Counted from the first letter of the stretch, positions 1 to 12,437 are shown. The stretch is 64,000 bases of DNA from Paraspadella gotoi (GCA_051294375.1 CM119265.1:6643489-6707488), one strand, 5' to 3'. Notes: generated by a model from the letters alone, not told the origin. Made by a program: numbers and translations.

Positions 1-102
1 CCACATTTTCTTTTTTATTTCTTTTCTTTTCTTTCCATTTTTCTTTTCTATTATTTTCCTTCTTCTCTTTTCTCTTCTTAAGTTTCTTGTTTTGTCTTTC
101 TT

Positions 103-104
103 TT

Positions 105-196
<92 letters not shown>

Positions 197-197
197 T
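103..197. repeat. (TTTC)n microsatellite
   Basis: Directly visible. Confidence 0.95.
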
Positions 198-272
198 ATT
201 TCTTTATTTCGATCTTTATTTTTGTGATTTTTAAATATTAAACACAAATAATTATAAATTTAATTAAACAAC

Positions 273-1071
273 CTGCTCGACTATGTGATCACAGAGGCCG
301 TTATCGTGGGGGATGTTAGCGCAAATGACGCCGGAAATGACGCCGACGGGTTCCGAAGCCGTAATGATGGCGCCGGTGAGATCATCGTCGGCGTCCTTGT
401 CTGCGACGGTTTAAAACAAGATGGCGTCTCATATATAGACGAGTTAAAACTCTCCAATAATATCTACGTGCGATGCTTTCATTACCGGTGACGAACCATT
501 CGTAAACTTCTCCTCGGTTAATCACGGCCGTGACCTGATCCTCTCCCCTCAGCTTGATGTTGATCTCGGTGTTGTCCTGCAAGGACGTCGGGTTTATTAT
601 TATAATTTTCTGTAATTAACGATAAAGATTAATATTTCGAGAACCTTGTAAGCAATGATGGCCACTTCACCGGGATTTTTCGTTCTTCTCGTTCTGTAGC
701 CTTGGTACGAGGGGATGATATATTTTTTTGTGGCCACGTCCTCGGGCAATGCTGGGTAAAACGGGAGCAAACTTAACGTACAAACTTAAAAATAATTTGT
801 CACAAGTATAAATATAAAAAATACAATTTAAATTCGCTAAGTTTCAATCGAGACCATAAATTGTCATAACTAACCCAAGAAAGCGTCGCTGGAAACTTTT
901 CGCCTGTTTATTCCGTAGACGCCGATCTCGTGGTCAGCGACGATGTCGACCACCTTTTTGACAGGAGTTCCGCGCTCCTTCTTGGAGATGCGCATTTGGT
1001 CAGGACCGGGGATTTCGTACTCGATCAAGTCGTGCGCTGAAGAGGGCGTTAATGAATGGCGTCAATTAATT

Positions 1072-1123
<52 letters not shown>

Positions 1124-1384
1124 TCTCTTTCTCAACACCTGCGATCTTCAGTGTTTCAGTTTTTCCTAGAGATGGGATGCTGATCTCCACTGTCGTTTCC
1201 GTATCGGTTGTGGCTATGAAGATCTTCAAGTAGCCTCCGTTGTTATGGCTGTTCGTCATAAAAGCCAGAGTGAAATGAGTCCCGAAGTGATCCGGAACGA
1301 CTGAGGGAATGAAGAACTCAAAGTTGTATCGTTGACTGTTTTCAGAGAGTAAATACTTAACTTTTCACCTCGTTGACCCATCTC

Positions 1385-1421
<37 letters not shown>

Positions 1422-2912
1422 TCTCTCTCTCTATTTAGGGTTTTATATACTTTTTCATATATTGAGCTACTTTTTTCAAAAGCCGGATCTTTAATAAATC
1501 TTATATGCAGAGAAAATGTGACCCATGTGACCAATGTGATAAAAAATTGCCTGTTTTAACAAATATAAATATTGTACATTGTAAACTTAATAAAACCATA
1601 ATCCAAGTTATATTGTTAGATTTCTTTCGCAGATTTACCCTATGTGCAAATTTGATTTTTCTGCATAAAAATTTACAAAATAATTTGGTATGGTAAAGAG
1701 AAAATACCTTTTTTTATGGAAACCAAACCTAATAAAAAAGCTTAAAGGGACCCAGTGACAAAAATGATATCATAAGCTTAAGGGTCTATCATCAAAGGTA
1801 AAAGCAGAAAAATTAAACCAAAATTGTATTCTTATAGAAACAAAACTATAATAACTATTAATTTTTATTCATATTCATCCTTTAAAAGCAGGGGCAGCGA
1901 GAGAAATGGCAGGCCCTTCTATTGGCCCCCTGGCAGGCCCCCTGGCGGGCCCCCTCCCTTCTCTATAATTTTAGTTTTTAGTTTTTGATTATCAACTTTC
2001 TATATAAAAAATTGTTCTAGTGCTTAAACTTTTCTTAATTTTTTATTTTTTCCAGGGCCCCCTTAAGGCCTAGGCCCCTTGCCTCAGGCGAGGGTATCCC
2101 CCCTCTCGCTGCCTCTGCTTAAAAATATTAATAAACTATATTGGTTCTTAATTATAACAATTCAGAATTTAGCAAAAGTATAAAACCTTTTTTTAAATTT
2201 ATATTATTTTAAAAAGTTTTATTTTTATCCAATTAACAGAATTATTTGAAAAAAAAATTTAAATAAAATCAGTCAATACCTTAAATTTTGATTCATTCTT
2301 AATTTTTTGTTATAATTTTTTGTAATAAAAGCTAAAAAGCTTTTTAAAATTAGATCTTACCCTTTTTTTAAAAAAAAACCTTAAAACTTGAAAAAGATTT
2401 TTTTCTTACCAATTTTTTAAGGGATCAGCTTTTTACCCCCCTAGTCACTTGGTCCCCTTAACTCGTTAATTAAAAGAAAACGAACGCGTTCGTTAACGAA
2501 TTTGATGAGATTAGTGAAAAAAGACAAGAGCCAAGGTAGTTGTTTTAGCAAAAAGGAAAACATCAGGAGTTAATGAGGAATTGAATCATTTTTGGTTTAA
2601 AGTTCAAAATACTGGGAAAAAAAAATCGTATGTTGCTTTTTACTGGAAATTGTCCTTTCTCATTATTAACCAAAATAGATTATCATTATAAGAAGTAAAA
2701 CAGCGGCTAACGGCTAACGCCCTTACTTTGACTATACGGACTCCATTACTTATTAAGCCGCCAACATACCCCAACATACCCCCTTGGACTCCGACCAAGA
2801 CGATTTGCCTTTTCTCCCGGCTGCTTTTGCCGAGGTTCGGCGATACGGCGCCAGAATCACAGCCGACAAAAAGCAAAAAAGAGAAAAACAAAAAGGCTAG
2901 GGTGATCCCCAT
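273..2912 (-). CDS. Gene 1: secreted IgGFc-binding-domain (FCGBP N-terminal-like) protein, 5' part (exons 1-6); continues past the window start
   Basis: Manually spliced GT-AG exons 2912-2780, 1300-1139, 1036-875, 751-645, 576-486 and 400-273 join in frame. Product: MGITLAFLFFSFLLFVGCDS (signal peptide) ... REKR/QIV ... VPDHFGTHFTLAFMTN ... VYGINRRKVSSDAFLALP ... DLTGAIITASEPVGVISGVICANIPHDNGLCDHIVEQ, typical IgGFc-binding motifs. Intron phases match gene 2, and exons 3-6 have identical sizes (162, 107, 91, 128 nt). Confidence 0.9.
1742..2461. mobile_element. Non-autonomous DNA transposon (MITE) with TTAA target-site duplication, Kolobok/T2-like, in gene 1 intron 1
   Basis: TTAA|AGGGACCCAGTGAC at 1742-1759 and GTCACTTGGTCCCC|TTAA at 2444-2461 form 14-bp imperfect TIRs flanked by TTAA. 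Confidence 0.7.
1889..2117. mobile_element. hAT-like MITE nested inside the TTAA element
   Basis: TIRs CAGGGGCAGCGAGAG ... CTCTCGCTGCCTCTG (14/15 match), subterminal GGCCCC repeats at both ends, and flanks TTTAAAAG / CTTAAAAA resembling a decayed 8-bp TSD. Confidence 0.7.
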
Positions 2913-3328
2913 TGTTGTCTTTGAAGGTGTTGGATGAAAAAATTTGATCGGCGTCGTCGTTTATCTTTTATATTTTTTTTCGCTTCCGATTGAGTTGATT
3001 GTTCTTTTATTTTCACCGAATTTTAGCGATACTGTATGAGCAATTTTCGTTCCAAAACCGACGTACGTACCCTGCCTCGAGCAGCGCTCACAGTGATTTC
3101 TTTATTTGAGAAAAAAAATGTTCGCGTAGATGAAGGTTGAAGAGAGAAAGAGAGAGAGACGTATTCCTGGTGAAGCAATTAAAGCGAAGATATTTAGTTT
3201 GGAATAAATCACGAGGTTTTTGTTAAACAAAACTAATATAAAAAATATCGGACGTTTTTACGTTTTCGATAAAATCTATTTTTCAATATATAATAAAGCG
3301 TAGCAATAATATTAAAATAAAGTAGAAT

Positions 3329-3891
3329 AAAAATTCGAATAGTTGATCACGAACAGGCTTGCTCCTGTGAATTTTTTTAAATGAAAATTTTTTTTAATTT
3401 TTAAAATTTCGCATTAGCCCATATTTAGGCATAATACTCACCATAGAAAATGTTAAAATTTTAATTTTTTTTCTTATTTCTAAAAGCAGATTCGAATTCC
3501 TCATGAAAAGTTGATAAAAGGAAATATTGTGGCGGTATATTCACACCACCTCACGTCCACCATATAACTCTTTTTAAAAAATGTTTCATTAAGCGGGTCA
3601 AAATCCTAAAAAACTGTTATAGTTAACCTATAATTAAATTTTAGTAAAAATATTCTAGTTTTTTAACTTTTAGCTAACTTAATAAAATAGTTTTTGATTA
3701 AGACTTATATTTTCTTTTATCAACTTTTTATGAGGAATTAGAATCTGCTTTCAAAACTAAGAAAAAACTATTTTAAAATTTTGACATTTTGTATGGTATA
3801 CGTATAAATATGGGCTAATGCGAAAATGGGAAAAATTTTTAAAAAATTATATATCAATGTTCTTTATTTCATGATCAACAATTCGAATTTT
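3329..3891. mobile_element. Foldback/MITE-like element with long (about 200 bp) imperfect inverted arms, upstream of gene 1
   Basis: Paired blocks: AAAATTCGAATAGTTGATCACGAA vs TTCATGATCAACAATTCGAATTTT; TTTCGCATTAGCCCATATTTA vs TAAATATGGGCTAATGCGAAA; AAAGCAGATTCGAATTCCTCATGAAAAGTTGATAAAAG vs CTTTTATCAACTTTTTATGAGGAATTAGAATCTGCTTT. Confidence 0.8.
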
Positions 3892-5448
3892 GAACTGCAA
3901 CTTTCACTACGCCTTAATATACAATGTACAAACAAAGCTGGTTTTCTTATTCAGTTGAAACATTATCCATTTAAGCTTTCATTTATTACAAGCGGGAATT
4001 TAATCGTATACAAGGAATAAACAAAGCTGCAAGCGATGGACTATTCCTGTCAATCAAAATCGAAAGAAATAACGTTTTAATTTCTCGTTTAAAAAGATAA
4101 GACATAAGTGAGACTAAGACTCTTAGTAAGAGACGTCGATTTTTTAAGTTCGAGAGTCGAAACTTTCCTCGTCGAATAGAGACGTTTAGGTAGATAACTG
4201 TATCACGTTTTCGTCAACGCGTCGATTTATTTTAGTTGAGATTGTTTACAAAGAGAGAGAGAGAAAAAAGTTGGGGCGGACAAGATTCGAAAATCGCCAC
4301 AGCACATGGTAAAGCTGCGACTATCACCTGATCTTTATCCACTCCCACAATCTACGGTAACTGGTCTTTTATTTGTTTTTCCAGCCAAAAAGCACCTGCC
4401 ATGAGGAATCTAAGAATCTCATTGAGTGAAATTAACAAACTAATAAGCCTCTGAGATATTCCTTCACGTTCCTATTTCTATCCACTTTCGATTAAAATAT
4501 TTATAGATTTTTATTTACTTTTTGTTAAATATATATTAGGAATAAAGAAAGATTGAAACCGACTCGAGTGGCATTTATCACTTTGCGCGGAACGCCGATT
4601 TCCGTTTGACCCGTTGCTCCTTTTGGCTCTTTCCGACCTCTGCTCCCAAAAAGGCGCAAAATCCAGAGAAACTTGGTCGTCATTTCGACCCACTTTTTCG
4701 AATCCCGGTTCAACACTCGCGTTTCTCTCCCGTTCTGAAGTGAAATGACCTCTCGTTAAGAAAAAGACGGATTCTAAACACCTTAACCCCCAGAAACTCC
4801 CCCTACTCACAGAAGTCAATCACCGATCAAACTCGCCCGGGTTCAACCAAGTAACTGGGCCAAGTTTTTGCTTAAAAAATTTTACAAGAACTGCGAGGAC
4901 AGTTACGTCAATAATTTATAACTTTTTGCGATGAACGATTTCGCGATGGTTCAGACAAAATTAGCAAAATTATGTAAATATCTTTCCCTTTGAAAGGCCC
5001 GAACTGTCGAATTTCAGCTGACGAAAGGTGACACAATTAAAGAGTTAATCACTTGTAGTTTTTCTTTATCCACTTTCTTTTGGTTTTTTTTTATCTTAAA
5101 ATTTCATGTCCAACATTACTGAGCCCTACGAACATCACCAAACGATTTACAGTTGCACCTAACGATTTTTTCGCGCTACCGTATGTACAGCATTTTATCA
5201 CGTTTCAGGTTTGTACGCATACTTAACTGACTTAAATAAAAAACAGGCTTATTTTTCATCTTTAATGGTGGTTTTATTTTTTCAATTTTATTTTTTTAGA
5301 TTTCGAGTCGGTTTTTTTGAAGTAAAAAAAAAATCCGTTAAATCTGGTACTAGCAGATTCATCCCATGACAGTTCACTCCTTTGGGAAGAACGGAAAGTA
5401 GGATTATAGAAAAGAAAAGAAGGAAAGTAAGATAGAAATAAGAAAAAA

Positions 5449-5451
5449 CGA

Positions 5452-5539
<88 letters not shown>

Positions 5540-5540
5540 A
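5449..5540. repeat. (GAAA)n microsatellite
   Basis: Directly visible. Confidence 0.95.
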
Positions 5541-6433
5541 AAAAAATCTAAAAAGGAAAAGAATTGAATAGATAAAAGATAAACTCTAATCTCGGACATT
5601 AGCCTTTTGTCTTCGTCAGGGTCAACTTCCTTACCAGTGCGAAGTTAACGACTAAAATTCTAAACACGAATTGATGAGGAAATTTCCTGCCTTGGCGAAA
5701 ACATGGCAGGATTCGAGATTGAGAAAAGGGGAAAAAAAGCACGGGTCTTATCTGCCCCCCAGGAAAGCAGGAAAACAAACTTGAAAAGATGAAAAAAAAA
5801 AGAGAAAAAAAGGAATTCGAAGGGGGCATTTTAATTTTGAAAGGCGAATTATTTTCGTACTCCCACCATCGGCACGATAGGAGAGATGTTTTGAAAATAT
5901 CGAACGCGCGCTGGTTCCGATGAGTTTTTTACAGTCTTTCCTTCGGAGAATAAAAAAAAAATTCGGTTGTTTATTTTTGTTTAGTTTTGTACCTTGTGGA
6001 TAGGTATGAGCATTTGAAAAAAAAAAGGAAGGCCTTAATTTATATTCAAAAAGGAACATTCAGGTAAAATAAATTTAAGAATCGTGACATCTTTGGCTAA
6101 AAAATAATCAAATTTCATTCATTTTTGCAAATAGTTATTTTTTCCCCTCTGTTTTATCCCATTAACTTAAGCCTTGCTTCTTTTTTTTTTTAAATCGTCG
6201 AAAGAAAAAAAATGCCCGAAATGTTCTTTTTCTTTCCTGGTAATATCGACTGTTTGGTCACGTGATGCAGAAAAAAGGTTTGAATGATGAACCTGCGGCC
6301 GAACGATGACATATAAGTTTTAAGGGATGAACGCGAAAAAGTAAACTAAGAATAGACAATGATGTCTGGAATGTCGAAGGAGCGACGGCGATATGATTTG
6401 CCCACGAAAAAGTATGGCCATATTTTCCGAAAT

Positions 6434-6681
6434 CGCCCCATTTCTGCTAAAATTCAGCATCAAATAAGTTTTTAAATTTAAAAAAATTATATTAAAGTTA
6501 AGGATAGAGGTTAGGTAAGGGATTATGGTTAGAGGATCAGTTAGGGATTTGGTTAAGAATAAGGGTGAGGGATAAGTTTAGGTTAGGGATTATAATTAGA
6601 GTTTAGGTTGAGTTAAATATTTATTAAAAGATAAATATTTAAGCTTATATTAGGTTCAGGAACGTTTCCGGAAATGTGGCG
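6434..6681. mobile_element. Short interspersed element with inverted ends and a degenerate TTAGGG-like core
   Basis: CGCCCCATTTC ... (GGTTAG/TTAGGG-like repeats at about 6495-6612) ... GAAATGTGGCG. A related copy lies in an array intron at 47365-47505. Confidence 0.5.
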
Positions 6682-7342
6682 TCTTCTAAAAATAATGCCA
6701 AAAGTATTTTGGTAAACAAGTTACGGATAAAAACATTTAAATATTAACCGGGAAAGATTTAGTTGTCAGGTAACGCAACTTTTTTGTTATCGGTGATGAC
6801 TGACGGGCAGGTTACGAAACGAAATATGTGAATCTGAGGTCACGTGATAGCTAAAACGTCCTTCGAGCGAGAAATGATTTGATTTTGAATTCAGAACGCG
6901 AATCTAAAAAAATGTTTTTCTCGCAAAAATTAAGGGAGTTATTTCTACGGATAAAAAAAAACCTTTCTAGACCAATTTTTTTTATTTTTATTAAAATTTT
7001 ATTAACGCTTGAAGGCGTCGCCCTGAGCTAAAGAAGGAGATCCCTTCGGCTTTTCTTGAGTTTTCAGTTTTAATCCATTTTACCGAGAGTGGCTATCATG
7101 AAACTAAAAAAAAAGTTTGAGCAAACGCCAAAACGAATTATATTCATAAATACAAAGCCTGAAAATACCATAGCAGAAAAAAAAAACAAACAAACAAACG
7201 AAAATAAACAATTCGGAAATCACTTGTCTGTTGGCATTAGAGAGAAACTTTCAGGAGCGTCGCGTCGTATCGTCTCGGAAGCAAAGCATTCTAAGAAGCC
7301 TCAAAGGCCAACATCCTCGCAGCCGGCCTTGGCAGCGATTCT

Positions 7343-7629
7343 TCAAGCGCAACACTGCGCGATGGCGTTGGCGGCGTCTTGGAGATCCCCCAACTTACGC
7401 GCCATGGGTCCGACCAGTTCGTTCAAGGCTGCCAACATATCCATGAGGTTCCTCAAGTCGTCCTTCAGTCGATCGATGTCTTCCGCGAGATTCGCTTGGG
7501 CGTCCGAGGCGTCGCAGCCGCCTGAACAAAAGGAGGGAAGACAGAAGTGGGGAAAAACAGAAATGGATCTCTTATCATTTGTCTGTCTGTCTGTCTGTCT
7601 GTCTTCTTTCTTCTTTCTTCTTTCTTTCT

Positions 7630-7670
<41 letters not shown>

Positions 7671-7718
7671 TTTCTTTCTTTCTTTCTTTCTTACTTACTA
7701 TCGTTCTTTTCTCTCTCT

Positions 7719-7779
<61 letters not shown>

Positions 7780-7824
7780 CACCCGTGTCCTCGTCGATGC
7801 GACCGTCTCCGTCGTCGTCCCTCT

Positions 7825-7876
<52 letters not shown>

Positions 7877-7921
7877 CCCGTGTCCCTCGTCGATGCCGTC
7901 CGTCTCCGTCGTCGTCCTTCC

Positions 7922-7988
<67 letters not shown>

Positions 7989-8033
7989 CCATCCGTATCT
8001 CGTCGATGCGACCGTCTCCGTCGTCGTCCTTCC

Positions 8034-8086
<53 letters not shown>

Positions 8087-8128
8087 CCGTGTCCTCGTCG
8101 ATGCGACCGTCTCCGTCGTCGTCCTTCC

Positions 8129-8177
<49 letters not shown>

Positions 8178-8248
8178 CCCGTGTCCTCGTCGATGCGACC
8201 GTCTCCGTCGTCGTCCTTCCGTTCTCTCTCTCTCTCTCTTCTCTCTCT

Positions 8249-8285
<37 letters not shown>

Positions 8286-8330
8286 CACCCGTGTCCTCGT
8301 CGATGCGACCGTCTCCGTCGTCGTCCCTCC

Positions 8331-8379
<49 letters not shown>

Positions 8380-11300
8380 CCCGTGTCCTCGTCGATGCGA
8401 CCGTCTCCGTCGTCGTCCCTCCCGTTCTCTTTTTCTTCGTCGACTTCTCCGTCGCAGTCGTTGTCAACGAGGTCATCCTTGACGGGAGCGGAGACGCGAC
8501 ACTTGGCGCGGTCGGATTCGTCAACCACGCCGTCGTCGTCGTCGTCGATTCCGTTGCTGACGAACAAAAAAAAATGTATAATACTAGTTCTTCTTTTATA
8601 TATAATTGAAACATTCTTTGAAATATTATACCGCTTCAATGATAGGGAAGCCAGGTAATCTGGTAATTAGGTAATATGGTAATCGGGGAGTAATAAACAA
8701 GACTTATGGCTTACTCCTGAAAAAGTTCTTCGTCGACTTTTCCGTCGCAATCGTTGTCGATCCCGTCGCCTGGATACGCGGACTCATCGGATGGGACGCA
8801 CTTTTCGTAGAGTGGAGTCAAACGCAGTCCGCCTGTCGAAGAAATACATACAATGTCAAGCAAAAGTGGACAAAAGACCTCATAAAAATCATAACTGCGG
8901 CATAATCGTTACTCTCGAATCGCAGCCACACCCGGATATCCGTAGGAATCGTAGTAGGCGAATCCGTAGACGTAAAGGCCGATGCCGACGATGGGAGACT
9001 CGTGGTGCGCGAAGTGAATCCCGGATGTAATTTCTTTGCGTAAGTACGAAAATTCTGTACCGGGAATTCGCTGCCAGTCCTCGTCCTTGAGGTTCACCTC
9101 GTCCAAAACGACGCCTGGCGAAAGTCGATGTATTTTTCATTGTCGAATTGTGGCAGAGCGAGATGAAAGCCAGGCTTTCCCCGGAGGGGAGGGACCGCCG
9201 AGGATTAACCGGCTATATTAGCTATAATAACGTCAACGAGGCCTTAAAGTTTTGAAATAATACAGGATGAGTGGTGTTCCCTTTCTTAAAATATCAATCT
9301 GAGACAGAGATAGATAGTAGAACGTAGACTGCAGTTAAAAAAGTTATTCGATGTTTTTAAAAACACGACGTTTGCCAATGGTGAGTTTATTTCTTAAATT
9401 TTCTTTAATTTTGTAATACGTAATTTTACCAAAATTTTAGCAATTTTTACCCGGCATTCATTTTTGTTTCTTCAACAGAACTTTTAACTATCGATAGAAG
9501 CCACGTCTGTTCGATTCCGGCTCACCGTCAATCTTGTCGGATTTGACGAGAATGCTGACGAAATTGTCGAATTCCTTCTTAACGCGTTCGTCATCGGGAG
9601 TCGCGAAGATATAGTCGTTAGAGAACTGTTCGATGGGCGGGATCAGCATCATGAAAGGATCCGCTAAGACTCCGTCAGCGTTCTTGCCTGCATTAATGGA
9701 TAAATGACTTAAAAATATAACTTAATATTTATATTAATAAATGAAAAGAAACCTTTGCAGTAGAGAACGACGAGACAGGATTCGGTGCATACGATTTTGT
9801 GTGACTCGTTGGACGGAATGTCAAGCTCGATGAACTCTCCCGCCCGCGCCAGTTGGAACACTTTTCCCGATACCTAAAACGAGTAAAATTTCCAAGCAAT
9901 ACCGGTCTGATTGAATGAGTCAAAAGAAATTGAAAAACTTTCGTCACAAAGATTGCGACAGCCGTTTGAGCTGACCGACCGACCCCATCAGAAATCGGAG
10001 ATTAAATCGAAAACCATTTCAGTCGTTTATATCTTCACCGTGACTTGGTTGTTGTCTTTGCCGGAAATGACACGGAAGATGTCGCCGGCGAGACGTCGAA
10101 CGAGGGGAACGGTGAGGTAGTGGCGTCCCCACGTGGCAAGCGGAGGAATCTAAATCGGGACGAGGAAAAAAAATAGAGGGCATCTTTTCTTAGTATTTTT
10201 AATCTCAAGATCTATTAGTATCTTATGCCGTCTTTTCTACCTCTACTTCCCTTTTTAAAATATTATCAAGATCAGAGAACGACGTCAACTAACTTGTTCG
10301 ACTATGTGATCACAGAGTCCCACGTTGACGGGGACGTCAGCGCAGATGACGCCAGCGGTGACGCCGACCGGGGCCGACGCGATCACGCGCATTCCCGTCA
10401 AGTCGTCGTCTACGTTAGATCCTGCAAAGGAGGGAGGAAATGAAAAACTGTGCCATTTTAGTGAGCGAGTGTAAAACTTTAAAAATCGCGCTCACACAAG
10501 TTTACTTTTATGAATACTTTAAATAAAAACAGAACTAACTATCCTCGTATTAAATTACTCAAACTAACAAAATACCTACACAGTAGTTCGAAGACCGAAA
10601 TTTTATGCATATGAATAATAATTAAGAACGACCCACGAAAGTTTACCTCCTCGTGCGCCTTAAAAGAGATAAAACATAGCGATTTCCTTTTGTTTTACAA
10701 TTGTACGGTGGCGTTTTGTTGAGAGAGGAAAACAAAAGACCCTACCTTTGCGGAAGTATTCAAATACTTCGCCTCGGTCTAAAGTCACGGACGCTTCCTC
10801 GACGTCGTTTTGGACGAGAACGACTTTCGTATTATCCTGCGTGGGAGATTAAATCTGATTTGCGTCAAAACTAGAGCGAGTTTGAAGTGACGTGCCACCG
10901 ACCTTGTAGGCGACGACCGCGACTTCTCCTGGATTTCCAGTCCTTCTCGTTCTGTGACCGGGATACGACGGGATTATGTACTCGTTTGTAGCAACATCTT
11001 CAGGCAAGGCTGATGGGAGGAAAGTCAATCGAATGATTACGACTGAGAACAAAAGATAGGAGGGTTGGGCTTGTGGCCTTAACTTTACTATTCTTAGTAC
11101 TTCATGCTTCAGCCCTTTTGTCCCGCCAAGAAACCGCCAGCTTTGTGTTCAAAGACCAAGGCTAATCTCACGACGGCCATACTACCAGGGAAAACCGACG
11201 AAGAAGATGCAACTGGTCGCATTTACGTCGAATTACGAACCCAAAAAGGCGTCGCTGGAGACTTTGCGTCGGTTGATTCCGTAGACTCCGATCTCCTTGT

Positions 11301-11859
11301 CGGCGACGATGTCGACGACCTTGTTCGTCGCCTTCAGCCTCTCTCGCTTTCCGATGCGCATCTTCTCTGCGCCGGGAATCTCCACCTCGATCAAATCGTG
11401 GGCTGAGGGGAAAATTCATTATCATTACTTGTTTATTTTTATTTTTATTTTGATCTTCATCTTCACCGGGGATGATTTTGGTGTCGGTTTGTCCCAGGGT
11501 CGGCACGCTAATTGTAACTTTAGTCTCTTCGTTGGTCGAGGCGATGAACAGCTTTACGTAACCTCCGTCATTTTGATGTCCGTTGGTCAAGAAGACCACG
11601 GAGAAATGTTTACCGAAATGATCCGGAACCTCTGCGATTTCAAACATATTTTTTTTTCAGAGTAGTTCGAATGGATTAGAGTTGTACGTACATTTTAACG
11701 TAATGCAAATTACGGTCAATTTAATTCACCTCCTTTAGCACGTAGTAAAACAATTTGTCTTTTGTTTCTCTTTTCATGGCTTGGTAGAGCGCTTGTGCCA
11801 CGGGAAATGTGTAAAAAACAAGAGGCTAACAAAATCGGGAAACATGCAAAAATTTTCAT
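7343..11859 (-). CDS. Gene 2: complete secreted protein (610 aa) with signal peptide, furin site, IgGFc-binding domain, two DNDCDG acidic repeats and a C-terminal coiled coil ending in CC
   Basis: 13 GT-AG exons: 11859-11730, 11631-11467, 11402-11241, 11009-10903, 10836-10746, 10421-10294, 10149-10039, 9873-9753, 9687-9526, 9114-8932, 8832-8715, 8556-8381, 7521-7343. They sum to 1833 nt, in frame from ATG to TGA. Motifs: KRNKR/QIV, CDHIVEQIPPLATWGRHY, ADPFMMLIPPIEQF, VYGFAYYDSYGYPGGLRL, GDGIDNDCDGKVDEE, ending AANAIAQCCA*. Confidence 0.92.
7779..8430 (-). repeat. Compound minisatellite: 7 copies of the 3' end of gene 2 exon 12 with its donor site, separated by (GA)n tracts
   Basis: Unit CCACCCGTGTCCTCGTCGATGCGACCGTCTCCGTCGTCGTCC(TTCCCGTT) at about 7779, 7874, 7988, 8083, 8175, 8285 and 8377, each separated by (CT)n. 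Confidence 0.92.
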
Positions 11860-12435
11860 TCTTTTTTTTATGGTTCGTCGTAAAATGTCGTAGGCGAAGT
11901 AACTTTTTTTATGAAGTCAAAATGACGTGAAGCATTTCAAGTCGTTTTTTAAAATTTTTGCGATAATAACACTGCATCAATAGAATCATAGTGTTGAAAC
12001 AAAAGTTATATAAAACAAAATAGTGAGGATAAAAAAGTTCATGAACATGAGTTTCGAGATTTTAATGACAAAAAATAATTTTTATAAACGTAGGTGAAAA
12101 TTCAAATATTACATATTTTTTAAAAAAATTCCTAATGATAAGAATAGTTATAAATATTAATCATTGTGTAAAATTTGCTTTCGATTCGTTGTGTTTGGAT
12201 TTAGAGAAAATAAGATTTTTAATGGCAACAACGATTGATTATTTTTATTTAGGTCATGTTTCGACTCTTGCGAGTCTACTTCAGCGCTTTATACAATTTG
12301 TGAATTCACAATATTTTTCATTCCAAAAATAATGTGTGAGAGAGAGAGAGAGAGAGAGAGAGTGAGAGATATTAATCTCTAAAATTCTTACAAATTGCAT
12401 TATTAAATTCATATAGGAAAAAAAATGTAGATGAG

Positions 12436-12437
12436 AA

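Noticed and set aside
2640-2779. Extension of gene 1 exon 1 to the GTAAGG donor at 2726
   Set aside because: That donor is phase 0, but exon 2 needs phase 1. The donor at 2779 fits the frame and matches gene 2.
6495-6612. True telomere or interstitial telomeric array
   Set aside because: Too degenerate and short, and enclosed by inverted ends; treated as part of a small repeat element.
7089-8658. Long ORFs of 177-506 aa on both strands (SLSLSL / RERERE)
   Set aside because: They arise from stop-free (CT)n/(TTTC)n microsatellites. Only the minus-strand parts 8556-8381 and 7521-7343 are real exons.
273-11859. Assigning the symbol FCGBP, or a thrombospondin/COMP name
   Set aside because: Only the N-terminal IgGFc-binding-like domain or TSP3-like loops are shared. 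No VWD, TIL, EGF or lectin modules are seen, so orthology is unsupported.
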